Shown: one piece after another, positions 38,897 to 48,585 of the stretch
How positions within the stretch are numbered: the stretch's first letter is position 1
Layout: each line of letters starts with the position of its first letter
Assembly (NCBI GenBank): GCA_048270185.1
Contig: JBLWTJ010000001.1
Span: 1,088,001 to 1,152,000, forward strand
DNA length: 64,000 nucleotides
Origin: Bacteriovoracaceae bacterium
GTDB taxonomy: Bacteria > Bdellovibrionota > Bacteriovoracia > Bacteriovoracales > Bacteriovoracaceae
Direction: 5' to 3'
Position numbers and translations under genes: made by a program
Notes under the pieces: model-generated
Database searches by the model: none
The model's input: the letters and a program-made list of their open reading frames with translations, nothing else
What the model was told of the DNA's origin: nothing

Positions 38897-40144
38897 CTAA
38901 TCACATTGCTCAAGATAGTAAAGATCTTCGTAGGTTTCGCGCTTTCTAATTAAACGAGGATTATTTCCATCAACTAGAATCTCACAAACTCGAGGCCTTG
39001 AGTTATAATTACTCGACATGGTAAAGCCGTAGGCTCCGCATGAACGAATGGCCACAAGCTCCCCTTCACATAATTCGATTTCGCGATCTTTTGCAAGATA
39101 GTCCCCTGTTTCACAAACAGGCCCAACAAAATCGTAATTCTCTTTTTGACCTTTAATTCCTTGATCAACTTTTACCACTTCTTGCCATGCTTGATAGAGA
39201 GCGGGTCTCATCAGATCATTCATGGCCGCATCGACGATAGCAAAGTGTTTACCTTCATTTTCTTTTAAGTACTCTAGCTTTGTCACAAGAATTCCAGCGT
39301 TAGCAGCAATAGCTCGTCCTGGTTCAAAGATAAGTTCTAATTCGGGATAATCTTCTAGGCTTTCAATAACCTTAGCAAGATACTCACTTGGATGCGGAGG
39401 TAATTCGTCCTTATATTTCACACCAAGTCCACCTCCAAGATCCAGATGTTTTAACGGTGTCCCCTTTTCTCTAAGTTTATCAACTAATTGTTTTAATCTT
39501 TCCAATGCTTCCAAGAAAGGTTCGACTTGAGTTAGTTGCGAGCCAATATGACAATCAATTCCTTCCACACTTATATTTGTTAGTGAGTAAGCAAGTTGAT
39601 AAACTTCTTCTGCCTTTTGAAAAGATATACCAAATTTATTCTCTTTCAATCCTGTTGCAATATAGGGATGTGTTTTTGCATCAACATCAGGATTAACTCG
39701 AATTGAAACCGGAGCCTTCATATTAAGCTTCTTGGCCACTTCATCAATCCTTTTTAGCTCTGATACTGATTCGACATTGAGACACTTGATTCCTTTTAAA
39801 AGAGCAAACTCAATTTCATCAAATGACTTTCCAACACCAGAGAAGACGGTCTGCGAAGCAAGACCTCCGGCCGCAAGAACTCTTTCAAGCTCACCACGAG
39901 AAACAATATCGAAACCACTGCCTAGAGCAGCAAGCTCTCTTAGAATATTAATATTTGAATTAGCTTTGACTGCATAGCAAACCAAGTGCTTGTGATCTTT
40001 AAGGGGCTCGCTAAAAGCATTAAAATGTCTCTTGAAAGTTTTCAGTGAATAAATATAAAGAGGTGTTCCAAATTTTTCGACTATATCTGAAACCAATATA
40101 TCTTCGGCATAAAGTTTACCATCGTGGTAATTAAAAAAGTCCAT
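38897..40144 (-). CDS. lysA: Diaminopimelate decarboxylase
   Basis: YAVKAN, FDIVSRGEL, HIGSQ, DLGGG, EPGR, GPVCETGD, GAYG..MSSNYN. Confidence 0.97.
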   Translation of the reverse strand: MDFFNYHDGKLYAEDILVSDIVEKFGTPLYIYSLKTFKRHFNAFSEPLKDHKHLVCYAVKANSNINILRELAALGSGFDIVSRGELERVLAAGGLASQTVFSGVGKSFDEIEFALLKGIKCLNVESVSELKRIDEVAKKLNMKAPVSIRVNPDVDAKTHPYIATGLKENKFGISFQKAEEVYQLAYSLTNISVEGIDCHIGSQLTQVEPFLEALERLKQLVDKLREKGTPLKHLDLGGGLGVKYKDELPPHPSEYLAKVIESLEDYPELELIFEPGRAIAANAGILVTKLEYLKENEGKHFAIVDAAMNDLMRPALYQAWQEVVKVDQGIKGQKENYDFVGPVCETGDYLAKDREIELCEGELVAIRSCGAYGFTMSSNYNSRPRVCEILVDGNNPRLIRKRETYEDLYYLEQCD

Positions 40145-40152
40145 TATAAATC

Positions 40153-40749
40153 CTAGCGAGTCTTACCACTAAGGTCACACTCAAAGAGCATTCCTGCATT
40201 ATTATTAAATTTAACTTTTAAAAATCCTGGTCCTTTTTTAAGAAGCTTAAAGCCAAAGCTCTTATGAAGTTTAATTGAAGTTGAGTTTTCTTCGTTAACA
40301 ACATAATAGGCTTTTGTGGCAACTTGACCAATATGATCAAGGCGTTTTTTTGTTAAAATCTTGCCAACACTCATTCCACGATACTTTGGTGAAACTGTAA
40401 CTCCCATTAAGTACCATCCAACAGGAGACGGATATCGATAGTTTTTTACAATCTGCTGCGTGTATAAAATTGAGCGGCCATAACCCACTACTTCACCATT
40501 GTAGATGGCCACAATAATATGAAAGCCTCTTACATTGCCTCCACGGTAGAGCTCCCTCTTAGTTCTTTCTAAGAAGAATGCGTAGTCGAGATCCGGATCG
40601 ATATTATTGTCCGTTGCAAGGCGAGCAATGGCCGCAGCGTCATCAAGATTTGCATAGCGAGTTGTCACCTCTTGAGGAAGAGGTTGTGAATTATGTCCTT
40701 CTTTAAACGGACAATATGAATTGTATTCTCGCTGTGCCTTCTTAAACAT
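40153..40749 (-). CDS. GNAT N-acetyltransferase
   Basis: YLMGVTVSPKYRGMSVG, NSTSIKLHKSFGF. Confidence 0.85.
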   Translation of the reverse strand: MFKKAQREYNSYCPFKEGHNSQPLPQEVTTRYANLDDAAAIARLATDNNIDPDLDYAFFLERTKRELYRGGNVRGFHIIVAIYNGEVVGYGRSILYTQQIVKNYRYPSPVGWYLMGVTVSPKYRGMSVGKILTKKRLDHIGQVATKAYYVVNEENSTSIKLHKSFGFKLLKKGPGFLKVKFNNNAGMLFECDLSGKTR

Positions 40750-40879
40750 AGATAACTTATATTATAGCTCAAGAATAAATTCCTTTCAGGTGAAACTCCA
40801 TATTTAGCAAAATTTTATTTTTTAAGTCTTGTTAGTATGGTTTAATTGAGCAAAATATTAACTATTTACGCCAGTGGTC

Positions 40880-41992
40880 ATGATCAAGAAAATAATCCTA
40901 ATATTTCTATTACTTATCATCCTAATTTCAACGGTTCTCTTCTACAACCTTGATTGGGTTGTACAAAAAGGAATTCAATATGCAGGTGTTCAAGTTGATA
41001 AAGTTGAAAAGATAAGTATTGGTCACTGGAAGCTGTCAGGACTCAGCTACCAAGTTGATGAAAAGAATAAACTGACAATTAAAGAAACAAAAATCGACTT
41101 TCTGGATATTGATGTTGAAGCAAGTCAGCTTCACCGAAATATTCAGGCACTCTCTTCACGCATCCATATTGAAAATAAAAACCTTCAATATGGAAATTAT
41201 AAAATCAAAGAAGTTAGCTATGATGTCCAAAAGACCAAAGGTCCCAAACTTAATATTGAAAATATTTATATCTCAGACTTTGGAAAGAAAAACCTAGGTG
41301 TCGTTTACTTGGACTTCAATGACCTCAATACGATCTCTGTTGAATACAAAGATATTAATCTCAATAATTTAATTCACTACTTTGATTCAACACTAAATCT
41401 TTGGGGCCATATCGATGTCAAGGCCATGATAAAAAAAGACGATATCCAGGCCTTAGTCACAGGACGTAATCTAACACTAAAAGGCTTTAAGGTTGATGAA
41501 GTTATAAATAATTTCCTTGATAGTCGCAGCCTAGGAATTATTGATGTAGCAGGATTTGTGGCCTTAGGCCCAATAGGTCTTCTCTACACAAGTGCCGCAA
41601 GCCTTGGGCAAACATTAAATGGCTTTCGTGGTGGTGAAACAAAGTTTACTCAAATTAATATCAATATCGGTTTAAAGAAAGATATTTTAACTTTAGATGA
41701 TGTTGCCTTTGCCACAGTTGAGAATATGGTGACAGTCGCCGGTCAGGTAAATATCAAAGAAGAAACTTTTGAAGATGTTCTTATTTCCATCCTCGATGAA
41801 GAGTACTGTCCAAAACTGCAACAAAAACTCAAAGGTACTTTTAAAGATCCTGATTACTCAAAGACCAGTGCCTTTGTTAATACGGCTACGGCACCTTTAA
41901 CTAATCTAACTTCTTCCACATTAAATCTTGTTGGGGTGACAAAGTGTCGGCCAGTGTATCAAGGCGTGGTTAAATTCCCAGTTTCTCAATAG
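40880..41992 (+). CDS. AsmA-like protein
   Basis: N-terminal TM anchor; beta-rich with T.F..I..GQVN..GTFKDP C-terminal AsmA-like pattern. Confidence 0.6.
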   Translation: MIKKIILIFLLLIILISTVLFYNLDWVVQKGIQYAGVQVDKVEKISIGHWKLSGLSYQVDEKNKLTIKETKIDFLDIDVEASQLHRNIQALSSRIHIENKNLQYGNYKIKEVSYDVQKTKGPKLNIENIYISDFGKKNLGVVYLDFNDLNTISVEYKDINLNNLIHYFDSTLNLWGHIDVKAMIKKDDIQALVTGRNLTLKGFKVDEVINNFLDSRSLGIIDVAGFVALGPIGLLYTSAASLGQTLNGFRGGETKFTQININIGLKKDILTLDDVAFATVENMVTVAGQVNIKEETFEDVLISILDEEYCPKLQQKLKGTFKDPDYSKTSAFVNTATAPLTNLTSSTLNLVGVTKCRPVYQGVVKFPVSQ

Positions 41993-42112
41993 CGTTCATA
42001 ATCGAGTTCAAAACCATGTAACACGATGCGCACTATGCGAAAAATCATGGAGGAAAGCCCTCGCTTGAGGTATATTTAACCGTATCTATTAACTTTAAAC
42101 AGGATTATTCCC

Positions 42113-43081
42113 ATTAATATATTAGCCGTTGTAATCTTTATTTTTCTCTTTGGAATCGCTTCGATGGGCTACGTGTACGCAATTCGTGGAAGTGAGCGCT
42201 ATGATAGTTTAAACTTCTATCTGAGAAAGGGCTGGCCAATCTTTGCACCTCTTAACTGTCTTCTATACATGTTCACAAAGAAGAAGGCCGCAAAGCCGAT
42301 CATGAATATTGCCGATTTCCCTGAACTGAAAGCTGTTCAAGATAATTGGGAAATAATTCGCGACGAGGCCGTCTCTCTTAGAGAAAATGGATATTTTGAT
42401 AAAGTAAAAGATCCAAATTCAAGTGCCTACTATGATATTGGTTTTAGAACTTTCTATAAGTACGGGTGGTCAAAATTCTATCTAACTTGGTATGGAACAA
42501 CCCTTAAGTCTGCAAAAGAGCTTTGTCCTAAAACTGTTGATATTGTTTCAAAGGTACCAGGCGTAAACGGTGCCATGTATTCAATTCTTCCAGTTGGATC
42601 AAAATTAACAAAGCACCTTGACCCTGTAGCAACTTCTCTTCGCTATCATCTTGGACTTAAAACTCCAAATGATGATCGTTGTTACATCAACATTGACGGA
42701 ACTGATTACTCTTGGCGAGATGGAGATGCTCTTTTATTTGATGAAACTTACCTACACTTCGCATTTAATAACTCTGAAGAAGAAAGAATTATTTTAATGC
42801 TTGAGGTAGATCGTCCAACGAATATTCTAGGAAAGATCATCAACTTTTTTTATAAGCAAATTATGAGAATTACTCTTGTACCAAATATTCCAGGGGATCA
42901 AAGAGGTCTTGTTAATGCGATTTTTGGAGCAGTAACTCCTGCTCTTCTGAAAGTTAGAACTCTAAAAGAGACAAATCTCTTTCTTTATAAAGTCATAAAG
43001 CACACAGTTAACTTAACTCTATTAGTAATTGTCTTTGGACTACTTTATTTAGCTCTAAGCTTTATCCAATCATTATTTTGA
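42113..43081 (+). CDS. lpxO: LpxO-like Fe(II)/2-oxoglutarate lipid A hydroxylase; start uncertain (first ATG 42164, probable ATT 42113)
   Basis: NWEIIRDEA, DIGFRTFYKYGWSKFYL.WY, H.DP..SLRYHLGL.TP, YSWRDG..FDETY.H, NA.F. Confidence 0.85.
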   Translation: MNILAVVIFIFLFGIASMGYVYAIRGSERYDSLNFYLRKGWPIFAPLNCLLYMFTKKKAAKPIMNIADFPELKAVQDNWEIIRDEAVSLRENGYFDKVKDPNSSAYYDIGFRTFYKYGWSKFYLTWYGTTLKSAKELCPKTVDIVSKVPGVNGAMYSILPVGSKLTKHLDPVATSLRYHLGLKTPNDDRCYINIDGTDYSWRDGDALLFDETYLHFAFNNSEEERIILMLEVDRPTNILGKIINFFYKQIMRITLVPNIPGDQRGLVNAIFGAVTPALLKVRTLKETNLFLYKVIKHTVNLTLLVIVFGLLYLALSFIQSLF

Positions 43082-44662
43082 GAAACTAGAAGCAACATAT
43101 GCGGCGACGTAATCTTCAAAACCTACGTCGTCGAATTTTTCAAATTCCACTTGTCTTTGTACTGACGCCAACTTTTCCTTTTCCAATTCATCTTGAAAGA
43201 CATTATCAATATCTTGGTCAGAAAGTTCTTTGCGGTGCTTTTTTGCAAGATCAAGCATTGTTCGGATATGGCCTTCACGAGAGACAAGATCAAAGACTTG
43301 TTGAGAAAGAATATTCTTTGAATCAATTAACTGACGTTGAGATGAAATCGCGCTTAAAAGCTCATTCTTTCTATCAGAATCTGAAAAACTTCCAATCACT
43401 TCAAACATAAGACTAAAGAACTTCTCAAGGTATTCAGAGTAGACGACTTCCACACCATTGTCTTTTACTCTCACACCTTCCTTGCGCCCATGCTTGATAA
43501 TAATTTGATTATTCGAAATAATCTCATCATAGATATCTTTTGTGCATTTTTCCGCAGGAACAAGAAGACAAGTCATTAAGAATGCATCTAAGAAGTTTGT
43601 CTGCTCAATTGTAATTCCATTCTTTGCAAATGGATTAATATCAAGAAGTCTAACTTCAATATATTCAATCCCCTTACTTCTTAGACTTGCCAGCGCACTC
43701 TTTCCTGTTGGCGCGACTCTCTTTGGTCGGATGATTGAGTAGAATTCATTCTCAATCTGTAGAATATTTGTGCTAATCTGCTGGAGATTCCCATTGGCAT
43801 CTCTTAAACCAATTTTATCAAAAGGTGCGTAATTTCTTTGAAGGGCACTCTCTAAACTATCGCAGTATGAATCAAGCCCGTTGTAACAAATTCTAATATC
43901 GTCCTGAGAAGCTCCGGTGTAACCAAGGCCTCCCATTCTTAAGCACGTCCCTTCCAATGTCCCATAAGTTTTTCCAAATTCTGGATCATCATGAAGAAGC
44001 TCTAAGTGATGTTTCTTATTTGCTAAGAATGATTCGTGGACCGCCACAGAGTTTCCAAATAAGTAGAGTAAGATATTTGAGTACTTTCTAAAGTTGCGAC
44101 AAAGATTTAAATATTCACGATTAATAAATAATTGAAGAGGCTCTTGTCCACCTTTTAGCTCATGCCAATTTCTCCAAAAATCATCATGCATTGAGAAGTT
44201 ATAGTGAAGACCAGCAATAGACTGCATTGATCGGCCATAACGAAGACCTAGACCCGAACGATAGAGAGTTTTTAAACGGCCAGAATTACTTTCACCATAG
44301 TAGGCCAATTTTATTTTACTATCATCAGGAAGAATTGATGGCATCGAAGAAGGCCATATAACTTCAGTATCATCTTGTTTAAGAACATAATTTTGAACAT
44401 TACTTAAAGTTTTTAAAACTTCAGAGTTCTGACGAGAAACAGGAGTAATGAATTCTAATAGACTTTCAGCAAAATCAGTTGTGATCCACTTATGCATAAG
44501 CTTAGAGCCAAATTTTGGGTCGTGATCGGTCTGGGCCAATTCCCCTGTTTTTGAGTCTGCTCTTAGGCCTTCTTTTTCAATACCTTTATTATTTTTTAGT
44601 ATTGATTCACATCCATATTTTTCTTCGTATTCTTCAATTAACTTTTTATCAAAATTACTCAT
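43073..44662 (-). CDS. gshA: Glutamate--cysteine ligase
   Basis: GIEKEGLR, WITTDFAESLLEFITP, WPSSMP, RYGRSMQSIAGLHYNFS, LQIENEFY, IEYIEVRLLD. Confidence 0.96.
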   Translation of the reverse strand: MSNFDKKLIEEYEEKYGCESILKNNKGIEKEGLRADSKTGELAQTDHDPKFGSKLMHKWITTDFAESLLEFITPVSRQNSEVLKTLSNVQNYVLKQDDTEVIWPSSMPSILPDDSKIKLAYYGESNSGRLKTLYRSGLGLRYGRSMQSIAGLHYNFSMHDDFWRNWHELKGGQEPLQLFINREYLNLCRNFRKYSNILLYLFGNSVAVHESFLANKKHHLELLHDDPEFGKTYGTLEGTCLRMGGLGYTGASQDDIRICYNGLDSYCDSLESALQRNYAPFDKIGLRDANGNLQQISTNILQIENEFYSIIRPKRVAPTGKSALASLRSKGIEYIEVRLLDINPFAKNGITIEQTNFLDAFLMTCLLVPAEKCTKDIYDEIISNNQIIIKHGRKEGVRVKDNGVEVVYSEYLEKFFSLMFEVIGSFSDSDRKNELLSAISSQRQLIDSKNILSQQVFDLVSREGHIRTMLDLAKKHRKELSDQDIDNVFQDELEKEKLASVQRQVEFEKFDDVGFEDYVAAYVASSFSK

Positions 44663-44719
44663 AATCATCCTTAAATTCCCTCTATAGTACGATTATAAGA
44701 ATCTGCGATCAAGTAATAG

Positions 44720-45742
44720 TTAATAATCTAGAAGTCCAATACTTATAGGTAGTTCGTAATTTATACCAAATGCAAAGTCATCATTCTTCGTTTGCCCAAG
44801 CATCAAGGCCAGATTCTGACTCATCTCGCCATAGTATCTAAATAGTGCAGGATAGAGGTTTAATCTGACTCTAAAGTCTTCTGAGCCATTTAAAAGTAGT
44901 GATGCTGATTGACGCCCCATAGTTTCAAGATAGTAACCGTAAACAAAACGCCCTTTTCTCTCAAGAGGATCTGTGAGTGCAAGACCTGCAACAATTGAGT
45001 GAGATAAGTCACCACTGTCAAAGGTTAATCCTCCCATATTCATCATTCCTAAATAAAGAAGAGGTCTAATATTGCTAAACTGAAGCATCTCTGGACGAAA
45101 AACATAGTTTAGGCCCACGTTGAAGAAATCTTCATGCTCAATCTCATAAACTGGCATGAAATGCCAAGTTGTCATACCCATGTCATAGACCATGAAGTCC
45201 ATGAAAGTATCATTCATCCCAAGGATTAAACCTGCTACATCAAAGAAGTATAGATCTGCGATATGGTCAAATGACTTAACTTCTTCTTGTCTTGTCTCAT
45301 TGGCCTCATTACCAAAATGCATCGCATAAATCGTTGCAAAGGTCCAAAATTTGGCCCACTTAATATCGTAGTAATCCGCATACTCCATTAACTTATTGAC
45401 TTCATAGGCACTACCAAAAGTATGAAGAAAGATATTTGGAAGAACGCGGTCGCTTAGAAACTCTTCCTTAAAAAATTCTCCCCATCCTCCATCGTTTTTA
45501 ATGGATTTAAATGGGTTTTTAACCTCATCCCAAACTTCCTTATGCTTTTTCCAATAATCTTTTTGGTCAAACCAGTACGGGTTCTGAATGACGTCAAAAG
45601 AGCCATTGACATAGAGTTGTACAGGGAACCAAGCACCATCGTGGATTGGATCAAATAAGCGATAATCACTCTTTTTAAGCTCTTCTTGAGCGATAGAAGA
45701 AAATGAAAAGATAATTAAAAAAAACACATTTATTAAGCGCAT
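44720..45742 (-). CDS. Exported/outer-membrane hypothetical protein (distant DUF3943-like helical domain plus beta-rich C-terminus)
   Basis: Signal peptide; PNIFLH..G..NEANE..HIADLYFFD. Confidence 0.55.
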   Translation of the reverse strand: MRLINVFFLIIFSFSSIAQEELKKSDYRLFDPIHDGAWFPVQLYVNGSFDVIQNPYWFDQKDYWKKHKEVWDEVKNPFKSIKNDGGWGEFFKEEFLSDRVLPNIFLHTFGSAYEVNKLMEYADYYDIKWAKFWTFATIYAMHFGNEANETRQEEVKSFDHIADLYFFDVAGLILGMNDTFMDFMVYDMGMTTWHFMPVYEIEHEDFFNVGLNYVFRPEMLQFSNIRPLLYLGMMNMGGLTFDSGDLSHSIVAGLALTDPLERKGRFVYGYYLETMGRQSASLLLNGSEDFRVRLNLYPALFRYYGEMSQNLALMLGQTKNDDFAFGINYELPISIGLLDY

Positions 45743-45789
45743 TAACTATTCACCTTATTATTGGCCAGAATGAGAGAATCTTTATATAT

Positions 45790-46440
45790 ATGACGCAAGT
45801 GAAGACATTTATTAAGTATTTAACATTTATCTATCTTGGCGCAACACTCTTGTTTCAAGCTAATTCTTTAGCACAAGAAAGTTACTTCTACAAAGATAGA
45901 GAACATACGAAAGATGAAATATATAACGATATTAAATTTGTCTTTGGTATTTCCATTATCGCCTATCCTCTAACTCAATGGGATACCGTTAGAAATGATG
46001 GTTCATGGGACGTTTATCGTAAGAACTTTGGTCGCATTGTATTTGATCGCGATGAACCATTTTGGAATTATATGGTTCACCCATACACTGGTTCACAAAT
46101 GTTTCTTTACTACCGCGCTAGGAGTTATAGTTACGCCGACTCACTGGCCCTAACTTTTGTCTCAAGCACGATATTTGAATTCTTCATTGAGGTTTATACA
46201 GAACCGGCTTCTGTTCAAGACCTTTATCAAACGCCTGTTCTTGGTGCCGTTATGGGCTATGGACTTGAGCAGCTTTCAATGAATTTACTTAATAGTAATA
46301 GTAAAGTGAGTCGCTTCTTCGGACATATAATAAACCCGATGACAATGTTCCCTTCTATTTTTGAAGGACGAACACATGCTGCCATCATTCCAAACTTTGA
46401 CAATAAATCAATAGGATATTTTATTCATGCGCAGTTCTAG
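45790..46440 (+). CDS. DUF3943-domain protein
   Basis: D.D.PFWNY..HPY.GS..Y.R..FEF..E...EP.S.QDL..TP..G. Confidence 0.8.
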   Translation: MTQVKTFIKYLTFIYLGATLLFQANSLAQESYFYKDREHTKDEIYNDIKFVFGISIIAYPLTQWDTVRNDGSWDVYRKNFGRIVFDRDEPFWNYMVHPYTGSQMFLYYRARSYSYADSLALTFVSSTIFEFFIEVYTEPASVQDLYQTPVLGAVMGYGLEQLSMNLLNSNSKVSRFFGHIINPMTMFPSIFEGRTHAAIIPNFDNKSIGYFIHAQF

Positions 46441-47152
46441 ATTAATTGTGACATTTATTCTCCTCTTATTAAGTACTGTCGTATCAGCTAAACCATATGA
46501 ATTTTACCTCCGCGCTGGTCTAGCTCTCCAAAATACAATTTTCAATGAACTAAGCGATGATCAATTTGAAAACCGCTACAATATCGAGGACCGAGAAGAG
46601 TCTGTCGGTTTTGGTATGTATACACAATTCTCTTATCGATTTGAGAGAGTTGAGATTGGACTAGAGTCTCACACAACATTTGGAAAGGCCCAAAACCTTC
46701 AATTTGCTTATCAAAATAACGTGCTTTCTGGTTCAGGAAATTTCAGTGCATTTGATATCAGCTCGACTCTACGTTTTAATACGAGAGAATTTGAAATCAA
46801 AGAGCTTAAATTTATCGGATTTAAAAGATTCAAAGCATATGTAAAGTTTGGTCCGAGTTGGTTATTAAATTCAATACGTCTCGATGACTTTAATATCGAT
46901 CCACAAGGAAAGAAATTAAAACTCAACTATGACTCTTTCGGAGGAGTCCTTGCTGTTGGAATAGAGCAAGTAAAAGAGATTGGACGCTTCCCATTCTTTG
47001 CAGAAGTATCAGTCGCTGCATATCGATCTTATAAAGCAACTCTAGTTGATCGAAGTGATCCGACAAAAGTTATTATTTTAAAAGAAGATAGTGCTCGTGA
47101 AGATATTAATTCATTTTCTATTTTCTATAAAATTGGAGCAACTCTATTTTGA
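46427..47152 (+). CDS. Outer-membrane beta-barrel protein
   Basis: Signal peptide, alternating beta-strands, C-terminal Phe. Confidence 0.65.
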   Translation: MRSSRLIVTFILLLLSTVVSAKPYEFYLRAGLALQNTIFNELSDDQFENRYNIEDREESVGFGMYTQFSYRFERVEIGLESHTTFGKAQNLQFAYQNNVLSGSGNFSAFDISSTLRFNTREFEIKELKFIGFKRFKAYVKFGPSWLLNSIRLDDFNIDPQGKKLKLNYDSFGGVLAVGIEQVKEIGRFPFFAEVSVAAYRSYKATLVDRSDPTKVIILKEDSAREDINSFSIFYKIGATLF

Positions 47153-47643
47153 GCAAAGAAGTCACATTACAAGATATTGAAGTTATTGAAGCTTTTCTTA
47201 AAAGACCAGCACGTGGAATCCTAGAAGTTTCAGCAAGAACAGACAAAGGACTTCCCGCGAGCATCAAAGTAACTCCTGTCGTAGACGAAGTTCCATTTCC
47301 TACTATTTACTGGCTAGTTGATCCAATTGTTTACAAGTCCATTAGTCAAATTGAAGGTGCCGGCTTCACAAAAGAGCTTCAAGAAAAGATTAATGCAAGT
47401 GACGAATTAAAAGCACAAGTTAAAGAAATTCACGAGTCTTATCGAGATGAAAGAATAAAATTATTTAAAGACTTAAATTTAAGTCTTCCTGAAAATATGA
47501 TGCCAATGATTACTGAGACCGGTATCGGAGGCTTAAGAGACTTTCATCACCTTAGATGCCTACACATGTTCTATGCTTTCCACTTAGTCAAACCACATAT
47601 TATTGGTCAGATGGTAGATGAGAAATTAAAGTCACAAGATTAA
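47149..47643 (+). CDS. DUF501-family protein
   Basis: L.RP.RG..PFPT.YWL.DP..SQIE..GIGG..RCLH..A.HL. Confidence 0.85.
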   Translation: MSKEVTLQDIEVIEAFLKRPARGILEVSARTDKGLPASIKVTPVVDEVPFPTIYWLVDPIVYKSISQIEGAGFTKELQEKINASDELKAQVKEIHESYRDERIKLFKDLNLSLPENMMPMITETGIGGLRDFHHLRCLHMFYAFHLVKPHIIGQMVDEKLKSQD

Positions 47644-48068
47644 ATTCGTCGTTGTCGATTGGCCATCATATGATGGTAGGTAAACCCTAAAGTCCAAAGA
47701 ACAGATACTCCAATATGTAGATAAGCGGAAGCCTCTCGAAGCCAATTAACATCACTTATTTGGATGGCGTAGCCACTTAAACTCATGATAAGAAGCAAGC
47801 CTAAAAGAAAAATACCTGATGTTCTCGAATTAGGGTAACCAATTCTAATTCTCTTCCAAATGTGATTTGTAAAAATCACTCCCACAAAGAATAAAAGAAA
47901 AGGAACTGAGAGAATATGTATTTTTTGAAAGATAATACTTAGAGGATGAGTCTCACTTCCCCACTCTCCTTCAATTGACATAAAATACTTTGCAATAAAG
48001 TAGATAATACTTGTGAAAGCAACAAAGTAATTTGTGAAGAATATATTATTTCTTTCAACTGTCGTCAT
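47640..48068 (-). CDS. Four-TM membrane protein with intramembrane His residues (cytochrome b-like)
   Basis: QKIH, TNHIW, AYLHIG, TYHH in or next to TM helices. Confidence 0.65.
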   Translation of the reverse strand: MTTVERNNIFFTNYFVAFTSIIYFIAKYFMSIEGEWGSETHPLSIIFQKIHILSVPFLLFFVGVIFTNHIWKRIRIGYPNSRTSGIFLLGLLLIMSLSGYAIQISDVNWLREASAYLHIGVSVLWTLGFTYHHMMANRQRRI

Positions 48069-48072
48069 GGGA

Positions 48073-48585
48073 TTATTTTAGCATAGATTTTTCTAAATAT
48101 AGAGAAAGCCACACTAGAAATCTCGTACTTGATGCAGATAGAGTTGCACCTGAAATTGAGTCGATTTCATCGACCATCGTTGTCGTAAACTTTTCTAACC
48201 AGGTCCTTTTGACTTTATACTCAGCAGGTTCTTCAAATCGTACGATACTAATATCGGATACTTTATGATTAACCACGTGAACATGGAGAACTTGCTTCTT
48301 TGTTCTAACAATATCAGAGAAGACAAAGTCGTAACTCACCTTCTTAGAGCAATTTCTCTCATAGAAAGAATAAAATTGTTGAACTTTTTTTTCTGGAAAT
48401 TTTTTAGAAATCTTATTGAACTCTGTATCTGTGAAAAATTTAGACTTCTCTGTAAAAATACAATTAGGGTATTTCTTTTCAAGAGTTTCTTTAATTCCAG
48501 CAGAAACTGAAAAGGAAAAAAAGAAAGCGAGGAAAATAAATTTCCTCGCTAAAGAATATAAATTTAAACGGCTTAGTATTCCCAT
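48073..48585 (-). CDS. Exported FMN-binding-domain protein (flavinylation substrate)
   Basis: Signal peptide; VRTK..F.EP.EY..W; EIDSISGATLS motif. Confidence 0.8.
   Translation of the reverse strand: MGILSRLNLYSLARKFIFLAFFFSFSVSAGIKETLEKKYPNCIFTEKSKFFTDTEFNKISKKFPEKKVQQFYSFYERNCSKKVSYDFVFSDIVRTKKQVLHVHVVNHKVSDISIVRFEEPAEYKVKRTWLEKFTTTMVDEIDSISGATLSASSTRFLVWLSLYLEKSMLK
48509..48550 (-). terminator. Intrinsic terminator after the porin gene, inside the 5' coding region of the next gene
   Basis: Minus strand AGCGAGGAAA-tttat-TTTCCTCGCT-TTCTTTTTTTCC. Confidence 0.7.
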
